Of a stretch of 64,000 bases of DNA, positions 24,701 through 32,933 are shown piece after piece. Positions within the stretch are counted from its first letter, which is position 1. The number at the start of each line of letters is the position of its first letter. The notes below the pieces were generated by a model. The model was not told where the DNA came from and did not search any database. It worked only from the letters and a program-made list of their open reading frames with translations. Origin of the DNA: Escherichia phage vB_EcoM_JQD51; sequence record PV204681. The stretch is one strand, 5' to 3'. The position numbers and the translations under genes were made by a program.

Positions 24701-24920
24701 TGGGGCACATTCGCACTCTATATCTGGTACTGCTGCAAGCGCAGGCGCTCACGCACATACTGTTGGTATTGGTGCTCATACCCATACAGTTGGTATTGGT
24801 GCTCACACCCATTCAGTAGCAATTGGTTCACATGGGCATACAATAACTGTAAATAGTACAGGTAATACAGAAAACACGGTTAAAAACATTGCTTTTAACT
24901 ATATCGTTCGTTTAGCATAA
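21735..24920 (+). CDS. 37: long tail fibre distal subunit / receptor-binding tip gp37
   Basis: 1061 aa; C-terminal run of seven HxH boxes (GAHTHS, GAHSHT, GAHSHS, GAHAHT, GAHTHT, GAHTHS, GSHGHT), typical of T4-type gp37 needle. Confidence 0.95.
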   Translation: MATLKQIQFKRSKVAGVNPTAAQLAEGELAINLKDRTLFTKDDLGNIISLGFAKGGDINGNVTQNGDYLQNGTYNLNGNQFVYAGKYIEFLPKTAGNGAWANQHLNKAPIFTDLSSTTSVSEYHPLIKQRYKDGTFSAGTLVNEGSFKFHYIDETGTSKYWTFNRNGNFQVDSGSLLVSNGYLVTQSNIETKAGSLIGPKVITKNINVSTKSWDTNIDTAYDLVSLPTWQYTPTETDLDTNGINYLRKFRGHVSSAIFHEVADARSGKPQNISYWTGRNAEVYQWSYTTDGRMSVANSIGIGLADVGDQGRYPLVSFGKGIAIGDNDTGIKWVRDGVIDLVANGISAGTILNNGINSTKKLMVGYSRDSGSTWDYPNNNQAMFTARTDVDGNNNGDGQTHIGYNSNSKMYHYFRGTGRMAVGMSQGLLVEPGILDISTGSNTLSLRADGTVASVQTLKLNNGLYFNGDGTNASLVFKAASGIDGTKQIMWEGGKRAGQNKSYVTAKAWGNSFNASGDRNRETVFEVADGQGYYFYAQRVAPASGSTVGPIQFRIAGALLTGGGITSSGSIVTESSLVANNGMSVNGQAKFGGTADALRIWNAEYGAIFRRSEAALHIIPTPKDAGESGGISNLRPLSISLNNGMVQMRHSVTLGDDGLGGNMVTVDNDSKLVVVTSNSRISPNYNMQLGQNAYIDIQASDGVRPAGCGSFASQNDVNVRAPIYMNIERTATSEYIPIVKQRYVQGDSTYSIGTLINQGDFRVHYHQGTSTTGTDLSWEFRRNGDFRASGKIIAGAATLGHDGNITGGSGNFANLNSTIESLKTDIVSSYPIGAPIPWPTDTPPEGYAIMEGQTFDAGLYPKLAAVYPSGTLPDMRGQTIKGKPSGRAVLSTEEDGVKSHSHSASASSTDLGTKTTSSFDYGSKTTSSFDYGTKTSNNTGAHTHSLSGSTNTAGAHSHTSALYAGSNNSPGTGSIRGSAGGGNTLGTSSSGAHSHSISGTAASAGAHAHTVGIGAHTHTVGIGAHTHSVAIGSHGHTITVNSTGNTENTVKNIAFNYIVRLA

Positions 24921-24924
24921 GGAG

Positions 24925-24940
24925 AGGGGCTTCGGCCCCT
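24925..24940 (+). other. UUCG-tetraloop stem-loop after gene 37 (no T-run)
   Basis: AGGGGC-UUCG-GCCCCU five nt after the gene 37 stop. Confidence 0.4.
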
Positions 24941-24947
24941 TCTAAAT

Positions 24948-25499
24948 ATGAAAATATATCATTATTATTTTGACACTAAAGAATTTTACAAAGAAGAAAA
25001 TTACAAACCGGTTAAAGGTCTTGGTCTTCCCGCTCATTCAACAATTAAAAAACCTTTAGACCCTAAAGAAGGCTATGCTGTTGTATTTGATGAACGCGAA
25101 CAAGAATGGGTATATGTTGAAGACCATCGTGGAAAAACAGTATGGACTTATGATAAGCAAAAAATTGTTATTGACACCCCAGGTGCTCTTCAAAATGTTA
25201 CTACAGAAGAACCTGGTGAATTTGACATTTGGACCGACGACGGGTGGAAGGAAGATGAAGCATATAAACGCGTAGTTCAACGTGATAAGAAAATTCATGA
25301 ACTCTATAAATTATTCAGTGTTTTAAGTTCTCTTATTGACGCAGAGGTTGCTAATAGAGAAGAAAAACGAAAATTTAAAGAGCTCAAAAAATTCTTTGCC
25401 CTTTTAGAAAAACATGAACATCTTGGCGGTGAATTCCCTAAATTCCCTGACCTTGAAAACAAATCTATTATCAAAGCGATTATAAATATCTTTAAGTAA
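24948..25499 (+). CDS. 38: gp38 tail-fibre assembly chaperone (T4 type)
   Basis: 183 aa; N-terminus MKIYHYYFDTKEFYKEENYKPVKGLGLPAHSTIKKPL as remembered for T4 gp38. Confidence 0.85.
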   Translation: MKIYHYYFDTKEFYKEENYKPVKGLGLPAHSTIKKPLDPKEGYAVVFDEREQEWVYVEDHRGKTVWTYDKQKIVIDTPGALQNVTTEEPGEFDIWTDDGWKEDEAYKRVVQRDKKIHELYKLFSVLSSLIDAEVANREEKRKFKELKKFFALLEKHEHLGGEFPKFPDLENKSIIKAIINIFK

Positions 25500-25508
25500 G
25501 GAGGTATT

Positions 25509-26168
25509 ATGGCGACACCAAAAGTATCATTTTCACTTAGTGATATTCTATTTGGGTTGCTAGATCGTATTTTCAAAGATAACGCTACTGGAAAGGTTTT
25601 AATGTCCCGAGTAGCGGTAATTATTCTTTTGTTCCTAATGGCACTAATATGGTACAAAGGAAGTATTTTGCTGGATTATTACGTAAGAGCTAAGTATGAT
25701 ACTTATACTGAAATAATCCAAAAAGAACGAGCTTTACGTTTTGAATCTGCGGCTCTAGAACAACTGCAAATAGTTCATATCTCATCTGGTGCAGATTTTA
25801 GTGCTGTGTATTCTTTCAGACCTAAAAACTTAAATTATTTTGTCGACCTTATAGCTTATGAAGGCAAACTACCTAGCACAATTTCTGAAAAGTCCCTTGG
25901 CGGATTCCCGGTGGATAAAACGGCCAATGAATATATAATTCATTTAAGTGGCCGTCATTTCTCATCTAAATCAGAATTTGCATTTTTGCCTACAAAATCT
26001 AAGACTGCCGAACTTTCTTATATGTATAGTTGTCCATACTTTAATTTGGATAACATCTATGCCGGAACTGTGACGATGTATTGGTATAAGGGGAGTAATA
26101 TACTTGAGGAGGATCGCTTAGCGGCTATATGCAACCAAGCGGTCCGAATACTAGGAAGGGCCAAATAA
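25509..26168 (+). CDS. t: holin T
   Basis: 219 aa; single N-terminal TM (VAVIILLFLMALIWY) and large periplasmic domain; ends ...ILGRAK. Confidence 0.9.
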   Translation: MATPKVSFSLSDILFGLLDRIFKDNATGKVLMSRVAVIILLFLMALIWYKGSILLDYYVRAKYDTYTEIIQKERALRFESAALEQLQIVHISSGADFSAVYSFRPKNLNYFVDLIAYEGKLPSTISEKSLGGFPVDKTANEYIIHLSGRHFSSKSEFAFLPTKSKTAELSYMYSCPYFNLDNIYAGTVTMYWYKGSNILEEDRLAAICNQAVRILGRAK

Positions 26169-26441
26169 TTAGTTGTTAGAATACATCGCTAAATGACGAT
26201 AAATATTTTCAAAACCTTCGTTGAATTCACTAATCAGTGTTTTCTTTTCTTCGGCAGTTAAATTTGTAATTAGTTTTCTGAACGAATTCTGATTTAGCTG
26301 CCGACCATCTTTTTTAATTCCAATCTCATTCAAGAATCCGATGAAACTTGCTCGGTCTTCAACAATATCTTCCCTAGAGAATTTAATCAAAATAGAAGCA
26401 ATAGTAATAATTTCACGTACGATTTCAATGTCTTTATTCAT
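26169..26441 (-). CDS. asiA: AsiA anti-sigma70 factor
   Basis: 90 aa; MNKDIEIVREIITIASILIKFSREDIVE... near-identical to remembered T4 AsiA; early promoter upstream. Confidence 0.9.
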   Translation of the reverse strand: MNKDIEIVREIITIASILIKFSREDIVEDRASFIGFLNEIGIKKDGRQLNQNSFRKLITNLTAEEKKTLISEFNEGFENIYRHLAMYSNN

Positions 26442-26475
26442 AACGTTTTATTCATTCCACTTAATTGATAAGAGT

Positions 26476-26505
26476 ATAGTACCATTATCAGTGTTGATTG
26501 TAAAT
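26476..26505 (-). promoter_or_regulatory. early promoter for asiA
   Basis: Plus strand atagta -N18- gtaaat. Confidence 0.45.
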
Positions 26506-26649
26506 GGCTTTTTCTACGCTTTTAACGTAATTGGTGTAGTCTTCCTGTTCGTACGAGTGTAAGGCCAAGAACGGAACTAATAGTTCATTATAGACTAAAG
26601 CCTCACGCTCACGTTCGGCCTCTACTACGTTCTGAAGATTATGACTCAT
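26488..26649 (-). CDS. hypothetical acidic protein (53 aa)
   Basis: Track ORF trimmed to internal ATG with AAGGA SD. Confidence 0.35.
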   Translation of the reverse strand: MSHNLQNVVEAEREREALVYNELLVPFLALHSYEQEDYTNYVKSVEKAIYNQH

Positions 26650-26938
26650 ATCGTTCCTTATAACTATCAATATAGTCCTGTATGTCGAAGAACGACATTT
26701 CATATTCTAGGGCATTAAGAGCCCGTTCTTCAGTATAGTCAGAACCAAAGACGATAGTGATTTCGCCAGGCTTCATGTGATTGAAATCAACACTAAAAGG
26801 AATACGAGAACATACTTCGTCTGCCATATCTGCAACAACACTACGATATACTTCTAGGTTAACCTGATAAAGCTCTGCAAGTTCTTCGCATCGAATAACA
26901 AGTTCAGTTGCAGGATTTTCTTTGATTTTAGTAAGCAT
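26639..26938 (-). CDS. arn: acidic protein, possible Arn (anti-McrBC)
   Basis: 99 aa, strongly acidic; first gene class after asiA as in T4; identification by position and composition only. Confidence 0.4.
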   Translation of the reverse strand: MLTKIKENPATELVIRCEELAELYQVNLEVYRSVVADMADEVCSRIPFSVDFNHMKPGEITIVFGSDYTEERALNALEYEMSFFDIQDYIDSYKERYES

Positions 26939-27012
26939 AGTCTTTACCCTTATGTTTTTGTTTACGTTTAGATTGAAGTTCTGATTTCTTCTTGTCCTTA
27001 TGAACAGAAGCC

Positions 27013-27240
27013 TTATTGAAATCGTGTTTTGCTACAAGATTGTTCATAATGCTTTATAACCTCGTTTAAACATTTATCGGTAAAAGAAAACTTTTTAGCC
27101 ACAGAACATTCGATAATGTGCTCTTTCAAATCTTTAGAGTCAGTGTATCCCATCTCAGTAATAAAGTGGCGAATTAAAGCTTTATTCTTATCATTAACAG
27201 AATTAAAATAATCTGCTTTAGAATCAATTATTCTCATCAT
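27013..27240 (-). CDS. hypothetical protein (75 aa)
   Basis: ORF track; TAAGGAA SD. Confidence 0.4.
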   Translation of the reverse strand: MMRIIDSKADYFNSVNDKNKALIRHFITEMGYTDSKDLKEHIIECSVAKKFSFTDKCLNEVIKHYEQSCSKTRFQ

Positions 27241-27505
27241 CTAATTTCCTTAATTGATATTGCAACGAGCTAATAATTTCTTCGTTCATTTTAATATACA
27301 TGTCACGCAAGAAAGGTTTTAACCCATCACGAATAATTGCTAATGTATCACCTTTACATAAATTAACCAAATAAGGATGGTCTAAAGCGTCCCAACCAGG
27401 CTGATTAGCATACATACCATAGTTTTCTTCCATCATATGATTAAGACGTTTGATATCTTGGATACGTGATTCAATAGCATCTTTCTGGAGTTGTTTAATA
27501 TTCAT
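27224..27505 (-). CDS. hypothetical protein (93 aa)
   Basis: ORF track; TAATG coupling. Confidence 0.45.
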   Translation of the reverse strand: MNIKQLQKDAIESRIQDIKRLNHMMEENYGMYANQPGWDALDHPYLVNLCKGDTLAIIRDGLKPFLRDMYIKMNEEIISSLQYQLRKLDDENN

Positions 27506-27966
27506 TAATAAAGGTCCTCTGAATAAAGTTCTTTCTCACTTCCGCCACGTTCAATACGTACCTGTCCAGCATACGTTGCAATAATCATTGCTTCTTCACG
27601 AGTCCAGTAATTAGAGTATTGGTCGATAAAGCCTTGGTCGTCACCACAAACTTGTTGCGAGACTAATTGAGGACCAACTATATCAAGTACTTCAGCCATA
27701 TCTTTAGAGTAATGACGAACTCCAGGAATAACCAGAGTTCCACCACTCTTCAATTTAAACCTATTAGCTGCACATACTATAACACGTTGAACTTTTTGGT
27801 CATTATTCCAATAGCACGTTTGCCAACAGATTTCAGGAACTTCATTCATTATATCATCAGCAGAATAATTATAACCGTAGGACTGGAATTTTTCTGCTAG
27901 ACTTTCAGGGGTCTCACGAGACAAGGCCAAATCTAATAGCTCTAAACGTTCTTTAAATGATTTCAT
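27505..27966 (-). CDS. hypothetical protein (153 aa)
   Basis: ORF track; ATGA coupling; conserved-looking motifs [21 protein letters not shown]; family not recognised. Confidence 0.5.
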   Translation of the reverse strand: MKSFKERLELLDLALSRETPESLAEKFQSYGYNYSADDIMNEVPEICWQTCYWNNDQKVQRVIVCAANRFKLKSGGTLVIPGVRHYSKDMAEVLDIVGPQLVSQQVCGDDQGFIDQYSNYWTREEAMIIATYAGQVRIERGGSEKELYSEDLY

Positions 27967-28307
27967 TTAAACCATTCCTTAATACGTTGCCAAATAGATT
28001 TTTGTGCTTGTTTATTTACACCAATCGAACGAATAACCGGTTGTGACTGCTGATATTCTTTATAATCTTCTTTATAGATTTCGTAAGCTGCATCAACAAA
28101 TGAACTGATCGCTGCCATAAAGTTTTTACGTATACCGCCAGGAGCTACTCCATTAGGGAATTCAGAATTTTCGCGAATAATTAAATATAACCCAGCTTTA
28201 ATCTTTACAATTGTCCCTAAATAAGCCCCGTGGTACCAAATATCCCATCCTTCCTGAGTAGGTTCTGCACATTTACGAAGTTCGTTAATAATATTCAGCT
28301 TATTCAT
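27963..28307 (-). CDS. hypothetical protein (114 aa)
   Basis: ORF track; GAGGA SD. Confidence 0.5.
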   Translation of the reverse strand: MNKLNIINELRKCAEPTQEGWDIWYHGAYLGTIVKIKAGLYLIIRENSEFPNGVAPGGIRKNFMAAISSFVDAAYEIYKEDYKEYQQSQPVIRSIGVNKQAQKSIWQRIKEWFK

Positions 28308-28317
28308 TATGTATTCC

Positions 28318-28950
28318 TCACAGTACGTTAGTTACAAGGGTAATGATTTCTTTGGACACATTAGGGAAGTCAATGTAAGTATATTTACCACCGATCTTAA
28401 TCTTAACATCGTTTTCAAGAGAAGTAAACAGTTTTGATTCAGTTTCTGACATGTTGTATGCAAATATTCTAAGACAACCATCTCGACGAATTTCGATCTG
28501 ACGAATACCTAGAACTCGTTTTGCAAATCGAACTTCCAAGTTACTACGGTTTTCACCAATTTCTTTAACTTCAACTTTGTCTTTAATATTTTCAAAAACA
28601 AAGTTTGCTAATTCATGCATTTCAGGAGTAACTCCACGTGCTTTTCTAGTGTTACGTTTCTGAAGAAGTTCTGGAGCATTTTCTTGGGCAAAGAGGTCTG
28701 CAGCTTTTTGGATAATATCCATTGCTTCGCCTGTTGCTATAAGTCCATCACCAGATTTTTCGACTAAACCTTTCTTAATCAATACACCAATGTTAGAGTT
28801 AACAACCGATGCATTGTATTCCGCTTCCAGAGCTTCACGGACATTGGCAGCAGTGGTGAAGTTGTTCTTAATGATATAAACCATTATTGCAGCAGTTTTT
28901 TCATTCAGAGCATTTTCAGAAGCTTTGATGATGTAAGTAACTTTAGACAT
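28318..28950 (-). CDS. motA: MotA middle-transcription activator
   Basis: 210 aa; MSKVTYIIKAS...VVNSNIGVLIKKGLVEKSGDGLI as remembered for T4 MotA; early promoter upstream. Confidence 0.9.
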   Translation of the reverse strand: MSKVTYIIKASENALNEKTAAIMVYIIKNNFTTAANVREALEAEYNASVVNSNIGVLIKKGLVEKSGDGLIATGEAMDIIQKAADLFAQENAPELLQKRNTRKARGVTPEMHELANFVFENIKDKVEVKEIGENRSNLEVRFAKRVLGIRQIEIRRDGCLRIFAYNMSETESKLFTSLENDVKIKIGGKYTYIDFPNVSKEIITLVTNVL

Positions 28951-28989
28951 TTTATTTCTCCAATTCGGTTGTTTTGTTTTGATAGGTCT

Positions 28990-29018
28990 ATAATATCATG
29001 TTTGAAGCACATGTAAAC
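28990..29018 (-). promoter_or_regulatory. early promoter for motA
   Basis: Plus strand ataata -N17- gtaaac. Confidence 0.45.
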
Positions 29019-29020
29019 TG

Positions 29021-29059
29021 TTTTGTGAGAAAAATGCACAAAAGGGAGCCGAAGCTCCC
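29021..29059 (-). terminator. rho-independent terminator between gene 52 and motA
   Basis: Minus-strand GGGAGC-UUCG-GCUCCC then TTTTGTGCATTTTT. Confidence 0.55.
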
Positions 29060-29140
29060 TAATCATGTTTGTCCAACCAATACAGCCAAATCACTAGTGC
29101 AGCTATTGCACCGAGAAATCCTAAGGCTAGGCTAGGGCAC

Positions 29141-30466
29141 TCAAAGTGCCTCCAAGTCTTTAGTGTACTCTGTCACAACATCAGTAGACTTCCAATACTC
29201 ATTTTCTTCTTTCTTAGCTTTAGCTTCTTCCGCCAGTTTACGTGCTTCGTCGGAAGTGATATGGAAGATGTTAAGGCCTACCAGTTTATCGACATGTTCT
29301 TTATACATTTCGATTTGTGCTAGCTCTTCAGTCAAAGCTTTACGAGTCTTGCCCTGAATCACAATTTCACCTGTAATAACTTTTTTGATGAAGTGTGCCT
29401 TAGCAAAAGCCAGTTTAAATGCTTTTTCAGATTCAAGGATTTTGTTGTCAATACGTTTCTGAACGTAAGTCTTACGGACTTCAACAAAATCTTTGATTAA
29501 GTCCACTACGTTATCGTAGACCGCTAATTTACCTTTTTCATTAATCACTGTGATGTTTTGTGAACGGCGTTCGATGAGACTAAAATCTTTCATGATTTTT
29601 TCATGACGTAGCTCTTCATCATCAGGAAGCGAATACTCTTTACGGAACTTCACCTTAAACCCAAAGCCATGTTCACCGCAATCATCTTCCCATGAGATTA
29701 GACCTTTGTCTTCCAACGGGTCAAGAACCTTACTCACATACGTTTCACGGTCGAATTTATACGGGATTTCAGTTATCTGCATTTGAGTGCGAGATGTGAA
29801 CTTATATGTTCCGTGAATCTCATAACGCCCATCAACTTCATGTACTTCACCACGGAATTCCGGGAATTCAACTTTTGGCTTAGTGACATTTTTACCTTGA
29901 AGAGCTTGTAATACAGCCTTTTTGACTGATTTAAAACTATGAGGCAGAATATTTGTTGCGTAACCGGTTGCAATACCAGAGACGCCATTCAAAAGAACTG
30001 TCGGAATAATAGGAAGATAGAATTTTGGCGGAATGTGTTCTTTATCTTCATGAGCTGGAGCATATTCAGTATCTTTATATACGTTATAGAAATTTTTACT
30101 TACACGAGCAAAAATATAACGAGATGCTGCAGCTTTTTGGACTGTTCTAGAACCAAAGTTGCCTTGGCCATCTAACAACGGATAGTTGTTGTTCCATGTG
30201 TTAGCCATCAATGCACCTGCATCTTGTGCAGAAGATTCGCCATGATGATAACCTAAATCTGCAACACCTCCTGCAATTGACGCAAGTTTATGAAATTTTT
30301 CTTTATTACCACGAGCCAAATCTAACGCACGATGAACCACAAAACGTTGAACCGGCTTAAATCCATCAATCATGTTTGGGATTGCACGGTTTTCAACGGT
30401 GTACATCGCATATGCTAAGGCTTCGTTATCAATAATACTTTTTAGATTACGAGAATTCAATTGCAT
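29141..30466 (-). CDS. 52: topoisomerase II medium subunit gp52 (GyrA-like)
   Basis: 441 aa; GyrA/ParC motif IPNMIDGFKPVQRFVVH; terminator downstream. Confidence 0.95.
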   Translation of the reverse strand: MQLNSRNLKSIIDNEALAYAMYTVENRAIPNMIDGFKPVQRFVVHRALDLARGNKEKFHKLASIAGGVADLGYHHGESSAQDAGALMANTWNNNYPLLDGQGNFGSRTVQKAAASRYIFARVSKNFYNVYKDTEYAPAHEDKEHIPPKFYLPIIPTVLLNGVSGIATGYATNILPHSFKSVKKAVLQALQGKNVTKPKVEFPEFRGEVHEVDGRYEIHGTYKFTSRTQMQITEIPYKFDRETYVSKVLDPLEDKGLISWEDDCGEHGFGFKVKFRKEYSLPDDEELRHEKIMKDFSLIERRSQNITVINEKGKLAVYDNVVDLIKDFVEVRKTYVQKRIDNKILESEKAFKLAFAKAHFIKKVITGEIVIQGKTRKALTEELAQIEMYKEHVDKLVGLNIFHITSDEARKLAEEAKAKKEENEYWKSTDVVTEYTKDLEAL

Positions 30467-30554
30467 ATTTTCACCATATTAATGAACGAATAACCATTAT
30501 AACATCTGAAATGAAAAGCACTACTTGGATTAGCCCAAACATCACACCGTAGTA

Positions 30555-30590
30555 CAGAACCGTAAGCAAAAACAAGAGCCCGAAGGCTCC
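30555..30590 (-). terminator. terminator-like hairpin between ndd and gene 52
   Basis: Minus-strand GGAGCC-UUCG-GGCUC then TTGTTTTTGCTT; lies inside a possible 46-aa ORF. Confidence 0.4.
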
Positions 30591-30607
30591 TGCTAAGATT
30601 TTCTTAA

Positions 30608-30757
30608 TCATTGCTCGCCTTTTAATACGTTAAGAAGAGCTAAGACCGCTAAGGTACCTTGTGACACAGCCTGTTGAAATACTGTTGTTTCGCCTGTAAC
30701 TAAAGTGTTAACGAATAAAAACGACCAACACAGCAATGCAATAATCCATGCTACCAT
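30608..30757 (-). CDS. small hydrophobic protein (49 aa)
   Basis: Hand-read (below ORF-track cutoff): MVAWIIALLCWSFLFVNTLVTGETTVFQQAVSQGTLAVLALLNVLKGEQ; GAGGT SD; T4 has ac/stp here. Confidence 0.35.
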   Translation of the reverse strand: MVAWIIALLCWSFLFVNTLVTGETTVFQQAVSQGTLAVLALLNVLKGEQ

Positions 30758-30809
30758 TTTAATTACCTCAAAAATAAATTAAAGGCCTAACTTAATAGGC
30801 CCGTATAAA

Positions 30810-31256
30810 TTAGTAACTCTGCAGAACGAATTTGAAATTATCTGCCAGAAGACGGTTCATTTCAGTGAGTGTTTGATATTCTGATGTATGGTTGCGAGTG
30901 AATGCCAGAGCCAATTGACCTTTACCATAACCAGTGGTCAGAGGTTTCATGTTCTTAGCTGCAACAAAGATTACATCATATTCAATATTGTTAGTGCCCA
31001 TAGTACGGGCTAGTTGCGAACGGCCTTGACGAATGTGAGAAAGAATTGCATCCAACCCTTGTTTAGAACGTTGACGTCCTACAAAGAATCGTGCTGCTAC
31101 TTGACGCCAGTCAGATGAACCTTTAACGAAGAAGTAAAAACCTTCACGAGAACGAAACTCTTTAGAAACTTCAGAACCGTATTCGCCATTACGAACTACT
31201 GCAACAACTTCACCGCCAACTGCCAGAAGGTCTTTACGAGTTAAATATTTGGACAT
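30810..31256 (-). CDS. ndd: Ndd nucleoid disruption protein
   Basis: 148 aa; ...[12 protein letters not shown]...[15 protein letters not shown]...[22 protein letters not shown]...[12 protein letters not shown] as remembered for T4 Ndd; GAGGAAA SD. Confidence 0.75.
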   Translation of the reverse strand: MSKYLTRKDLLAVGGEVVAVVRNGEYGSEVSKEFRSREGFYFFVKGSSDWRQVAARFFVGRQRSKQGLDAILSHIRQGRSQLARTMGTNNIEYDVIFVAAKNMKPLTTGYGKGQLALAFTRNHTSEYQTLTEMNRLLADNFKFVLQSY

Positions 31257-31300
31257 GCTAATTTCCTCAATTGATTAATGTTTTTGTAATCCATGAGAGC

Positions 31301-31330
31301 ATTATACTCTGCTCTCAAGAGTTTGTACAA
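31301..31330 (-). promoter_or_regulatory. early promoter for ndd, within inverted repeat
   Basis: Plus strand attata -N18- tgtaca; IR gagagca...tgctctc around the -10. Confidence 0.45.
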
Positions 31331-31332
31331 TT

Positions 31333-31533
31333 TTATTCGGCTATATCAGAACGTTCAAAAAGCTCTTCAACAGTTAAACATTCAGTGTCATCTTCAATAA
31401 AGAATCGAGTCCAACACGTTGGGGCGATACAGTTATGAGTTTGTCCGGCGATAGAAGCTACACGAATAAGCTGCTGACCATTATTCAGAACAAATTTTTC
31501 ACCAATTTCAACATCTTTAAAAAGCTTAGCCAT
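31333..31533 (-). CDS. hypothetical protein (66 aa)
   Basis: ORF track; GAGGAA SD; early promoter upstream. Confidence 0.45.
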   Translation of the reverse strand: MAKLFKDVEIGEKFVLNNGQQLIRVASIAGQTHNCIAPTCWTRFFIEDDTECLTVEELFERSDIAE

Positions 31534-31561
31534 TTTGTGTTCCTCATGTTTCAGTAGGACT

Positions 31562-31591
31562 ACTATACCATAATCCTACCTTGTTGTAAAC
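31562..31591 (-). promoter_or_regulatory. early promoter within inverted repeat
   Basis: Plus strand actata -N18- gtaaac; IR gtaggact...aatcctac. Confidence 0.45.
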
Positions 31592-31593
31592 AA

Positions 31594-31701
31594 TTAAATT
31601 ACATTAAAATATGTTAAAGCCAACCATGATCCAGTGAACGAACATGCGATGTAAAAACCCGTATCACAAATTGTTCTTAGTACAATAAGTGCATTTTTCA
31701 T
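31594..31701 (-). CDS. small hydrophobic peptide (35 aa)
   Basis: Hand-read: MKNALIVLRTICDTGFYIACSFTGSWLALTYFNVI; GAGGTA SD; ATGA overlap with upstream peptide ORF. Confidence 0.3.
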   Translation of the reverse strand: MKNALIVLRTICDTGFYIACSFTGSWLALTYFNVI

Positions 31702-31784
31702 AAGTACCTCAATACAATTGAAAATACTATACAAATCATAGGGATACTAAGCAACCATATTCCGATCCACATTTTAGAGCTCAT
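31698..31784 (-). CDS. small hydrophobic peptide (28 aa)
   Basis: Hand-read: MSSKMWIGIWLLSIPMICIVFSIVLRYL; start ATG overlaps stop of ORF 31781..32044 (ATGA). Confidence 0.3.
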   Translation of the reverse strand: MSSKMWIGIWLLSIPMICIVFSIVLRYL

Positions 31785-32044
31785 ATCTCAACTTCCGCGA
31801 GTTCCATATATCCTTTGTTGATAACCTCTTTAAGGTCTTTAGAAAGAATAACACTAAAATGGTCGTTCATATGTCCATTAACCAGACGAGTTATTTCGGC
31901 TTCAGATGACATATAAGGCACGTCTGAGTCCCAATGAGATAGACCCAAATGGGTATAAATCATCCCTTCGTCATCTGCAGTGTTGTACATTGAAACAAAT
32001 TCGCCTGTTACTTTATGTTTTGCGTAGAAAAATTTAAATTTCAT
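31781..32044 (-). CDS. hypothetical protein (87 aa)
   Basis: ORF track; GAGGA SD; early promoter upstream. Confidence 0.45.
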   Translation of the reverse strand: MKFKFFYAKHKVTGEFVSMYNTADDEGMIYTHLGLSHWDSDVPYMSSEAEITRLVNGHMNDHFSVILSKDLKEVINKGYMELAEVEI

Positions 32045-32070
32045 GATGTTATCCTCTTTTAGATAGGACT

Positions 32071-32100
32071 ACTATATCATAGTCCTACTTAGTTGTAAAC
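32071..32100 (-). promoter_or_regulatory. early promoter within inverted repeat
   Basis: Plus strand actata -N18- gtaaac; IR ataggact...agtcctac. Confidence 0.45.
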
Positions 32101-32112
32101 ACTTTTATGAAA

Positions 32113-32670
32113 TTAAAGTTGAAGATACCACCCGTTGTAGTTGCTCTTGCGGACGATTTTCTTTAGGTCTTCATGGTCTCCCACGAACTTTATAGAATAA
32201 GAGAAGACGTCAGGTGAGGTTTCTTTGACATCTAATATAATAATGCAATCTGCGACTCGATGGTTCAAGAAGGGCCCTATATTGATTCCATTACCACCCG
32301 GATAATCACCACTGTATCCTGTGGTAACAGAAATCCATTTAGAATCTATCTGGTGTGTCTTGACTTCTACACGAATTCCACAATACTTTGGATGGGCTAA
32401 TACGTCCCATGCATACGTGTACGGGTCTTCTACGTCTTCAATACCTTTATTAACATATCCGTCTAGCCAATTTGCTACTACATACTCTGCAAAGACCGCA
32501 ACCTTACAACGTCGAACTACGTCTTCTTTTATTTGACCTGGATCTTGTTTCAATGAGTACCGAGCAGTGTCAGCAATCTTCACCTTCATTTCACTAGTCA
32601 AAAACTCATTCGACAGGATAAATGTCGGAAGATTCTTCAGTCTCAACAGTCCCAAGTTCGTCTTTACCAT
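32113..32670 (-). CDS. denB: probable endonuclease IV
   Basis: Track ORF 32113..32733 trimmed to internal ATG (MVKTNLG...) with GAGGT SD, giving 185 aa as for T4 DenB; position before rIIB. Confidence 0.6.
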   Translation of the reverse strand: MVKTNLGLLRLKNLPTFILSNEFLTSEMKVKIADTARYSLKQDPGQIKEDVVRRCKVAVFAEYVVANWLDGYVNKGIEDVEDPYTYAWDVLAHPKYCGIRVEVKTHQIDSKWISVTTGYSGDYPGGNGINIGPFLNHRVADCIIILDVKETSPDVFSYSIKFVGDHEDLKKIVRKSNYNGWYLQL

Positions 32671-32893
32671 AGATACCTCTGATGTGTAGTTCGCCAAAAT
32701 AAATGCGGTCACCTTCTTCAAGATATTCTGCATCTACAGGCGGAATTTCAATAACAACTTCGTCGCATTCTAACCAACCATAGTGTGCATCGCCAGGATG
32801 TTTTACCAATTTAGCACAATAAACCGATTTACACTTATGATGACCACGAAGATTAGCAATTTTGGATTCTGATACGTCAAATGGATGAATCAT
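32606..32893 (-). CDS. hypothetical protein (95 aa)
   Basis: Track ORF trimmed to internal ATG just downstream of the rIIB terminator; overlaps denB 5' end. Confidence 0.35.
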   Translation of the reverse strand: MIHPFDVSESKIANLRGHHKCKSVYCAKLVKHPGDAHYGWLECDEVVIEIPPVDAEYLEEGDRIYFGELHIRGIYGKDELGTVETEESSDIYPVE

Positions 32894-32894
32894 A

Positions 32895-32928
32895 ATTACC
32901 CCTAAAGAAAAAGGGGACCGAAGTCCCC
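32895..32928 (-). terminator. rho-independent terminator after rIIB
   Basis: Minus-strand GGGGAC-UUCG-GUCCCC then TTTTTCTTT. Confidence 0.55.
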
Positions 32929-32933
32929 AATTA

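Noticed and set aside
22752-24812. Minus-strand ORFs inside gene 37 (22752..23009, 24287..24478, 24510..24812)
   Set aside because: Antisense to the gp37 coding repeats; the Cys/Arg/Thr-rich translations are artefacts of reading the His-box repeats backwards.
24440-24850. CRISPR-like regular repeats
   Set aside because: The repeats are in-frame coding repeats of gp37 with no spacer-repeat architecture and no cas genes; not a CRISPR array.
26936-27047. 39-aa lysine-rich ORF between arn-like gene and ORF 27013..27240
   Set aside because: Overlaps the 3' end of the tracked 75-aa ORF in another frame and has no clear SD.
30471-30611. 46-aa hydrophobic ORF (MIKKILAGAFGLLFLLTVLYYGVMFGLIQVVLFISDVIMVIRSLIW) coupled by ATGA to the 49-aa ORF upstream
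   Set aside because: Contains a terminator-like hairpin plus T-run in its middle; could be real (T4 has small genes here) but I did not list it as a CDS.
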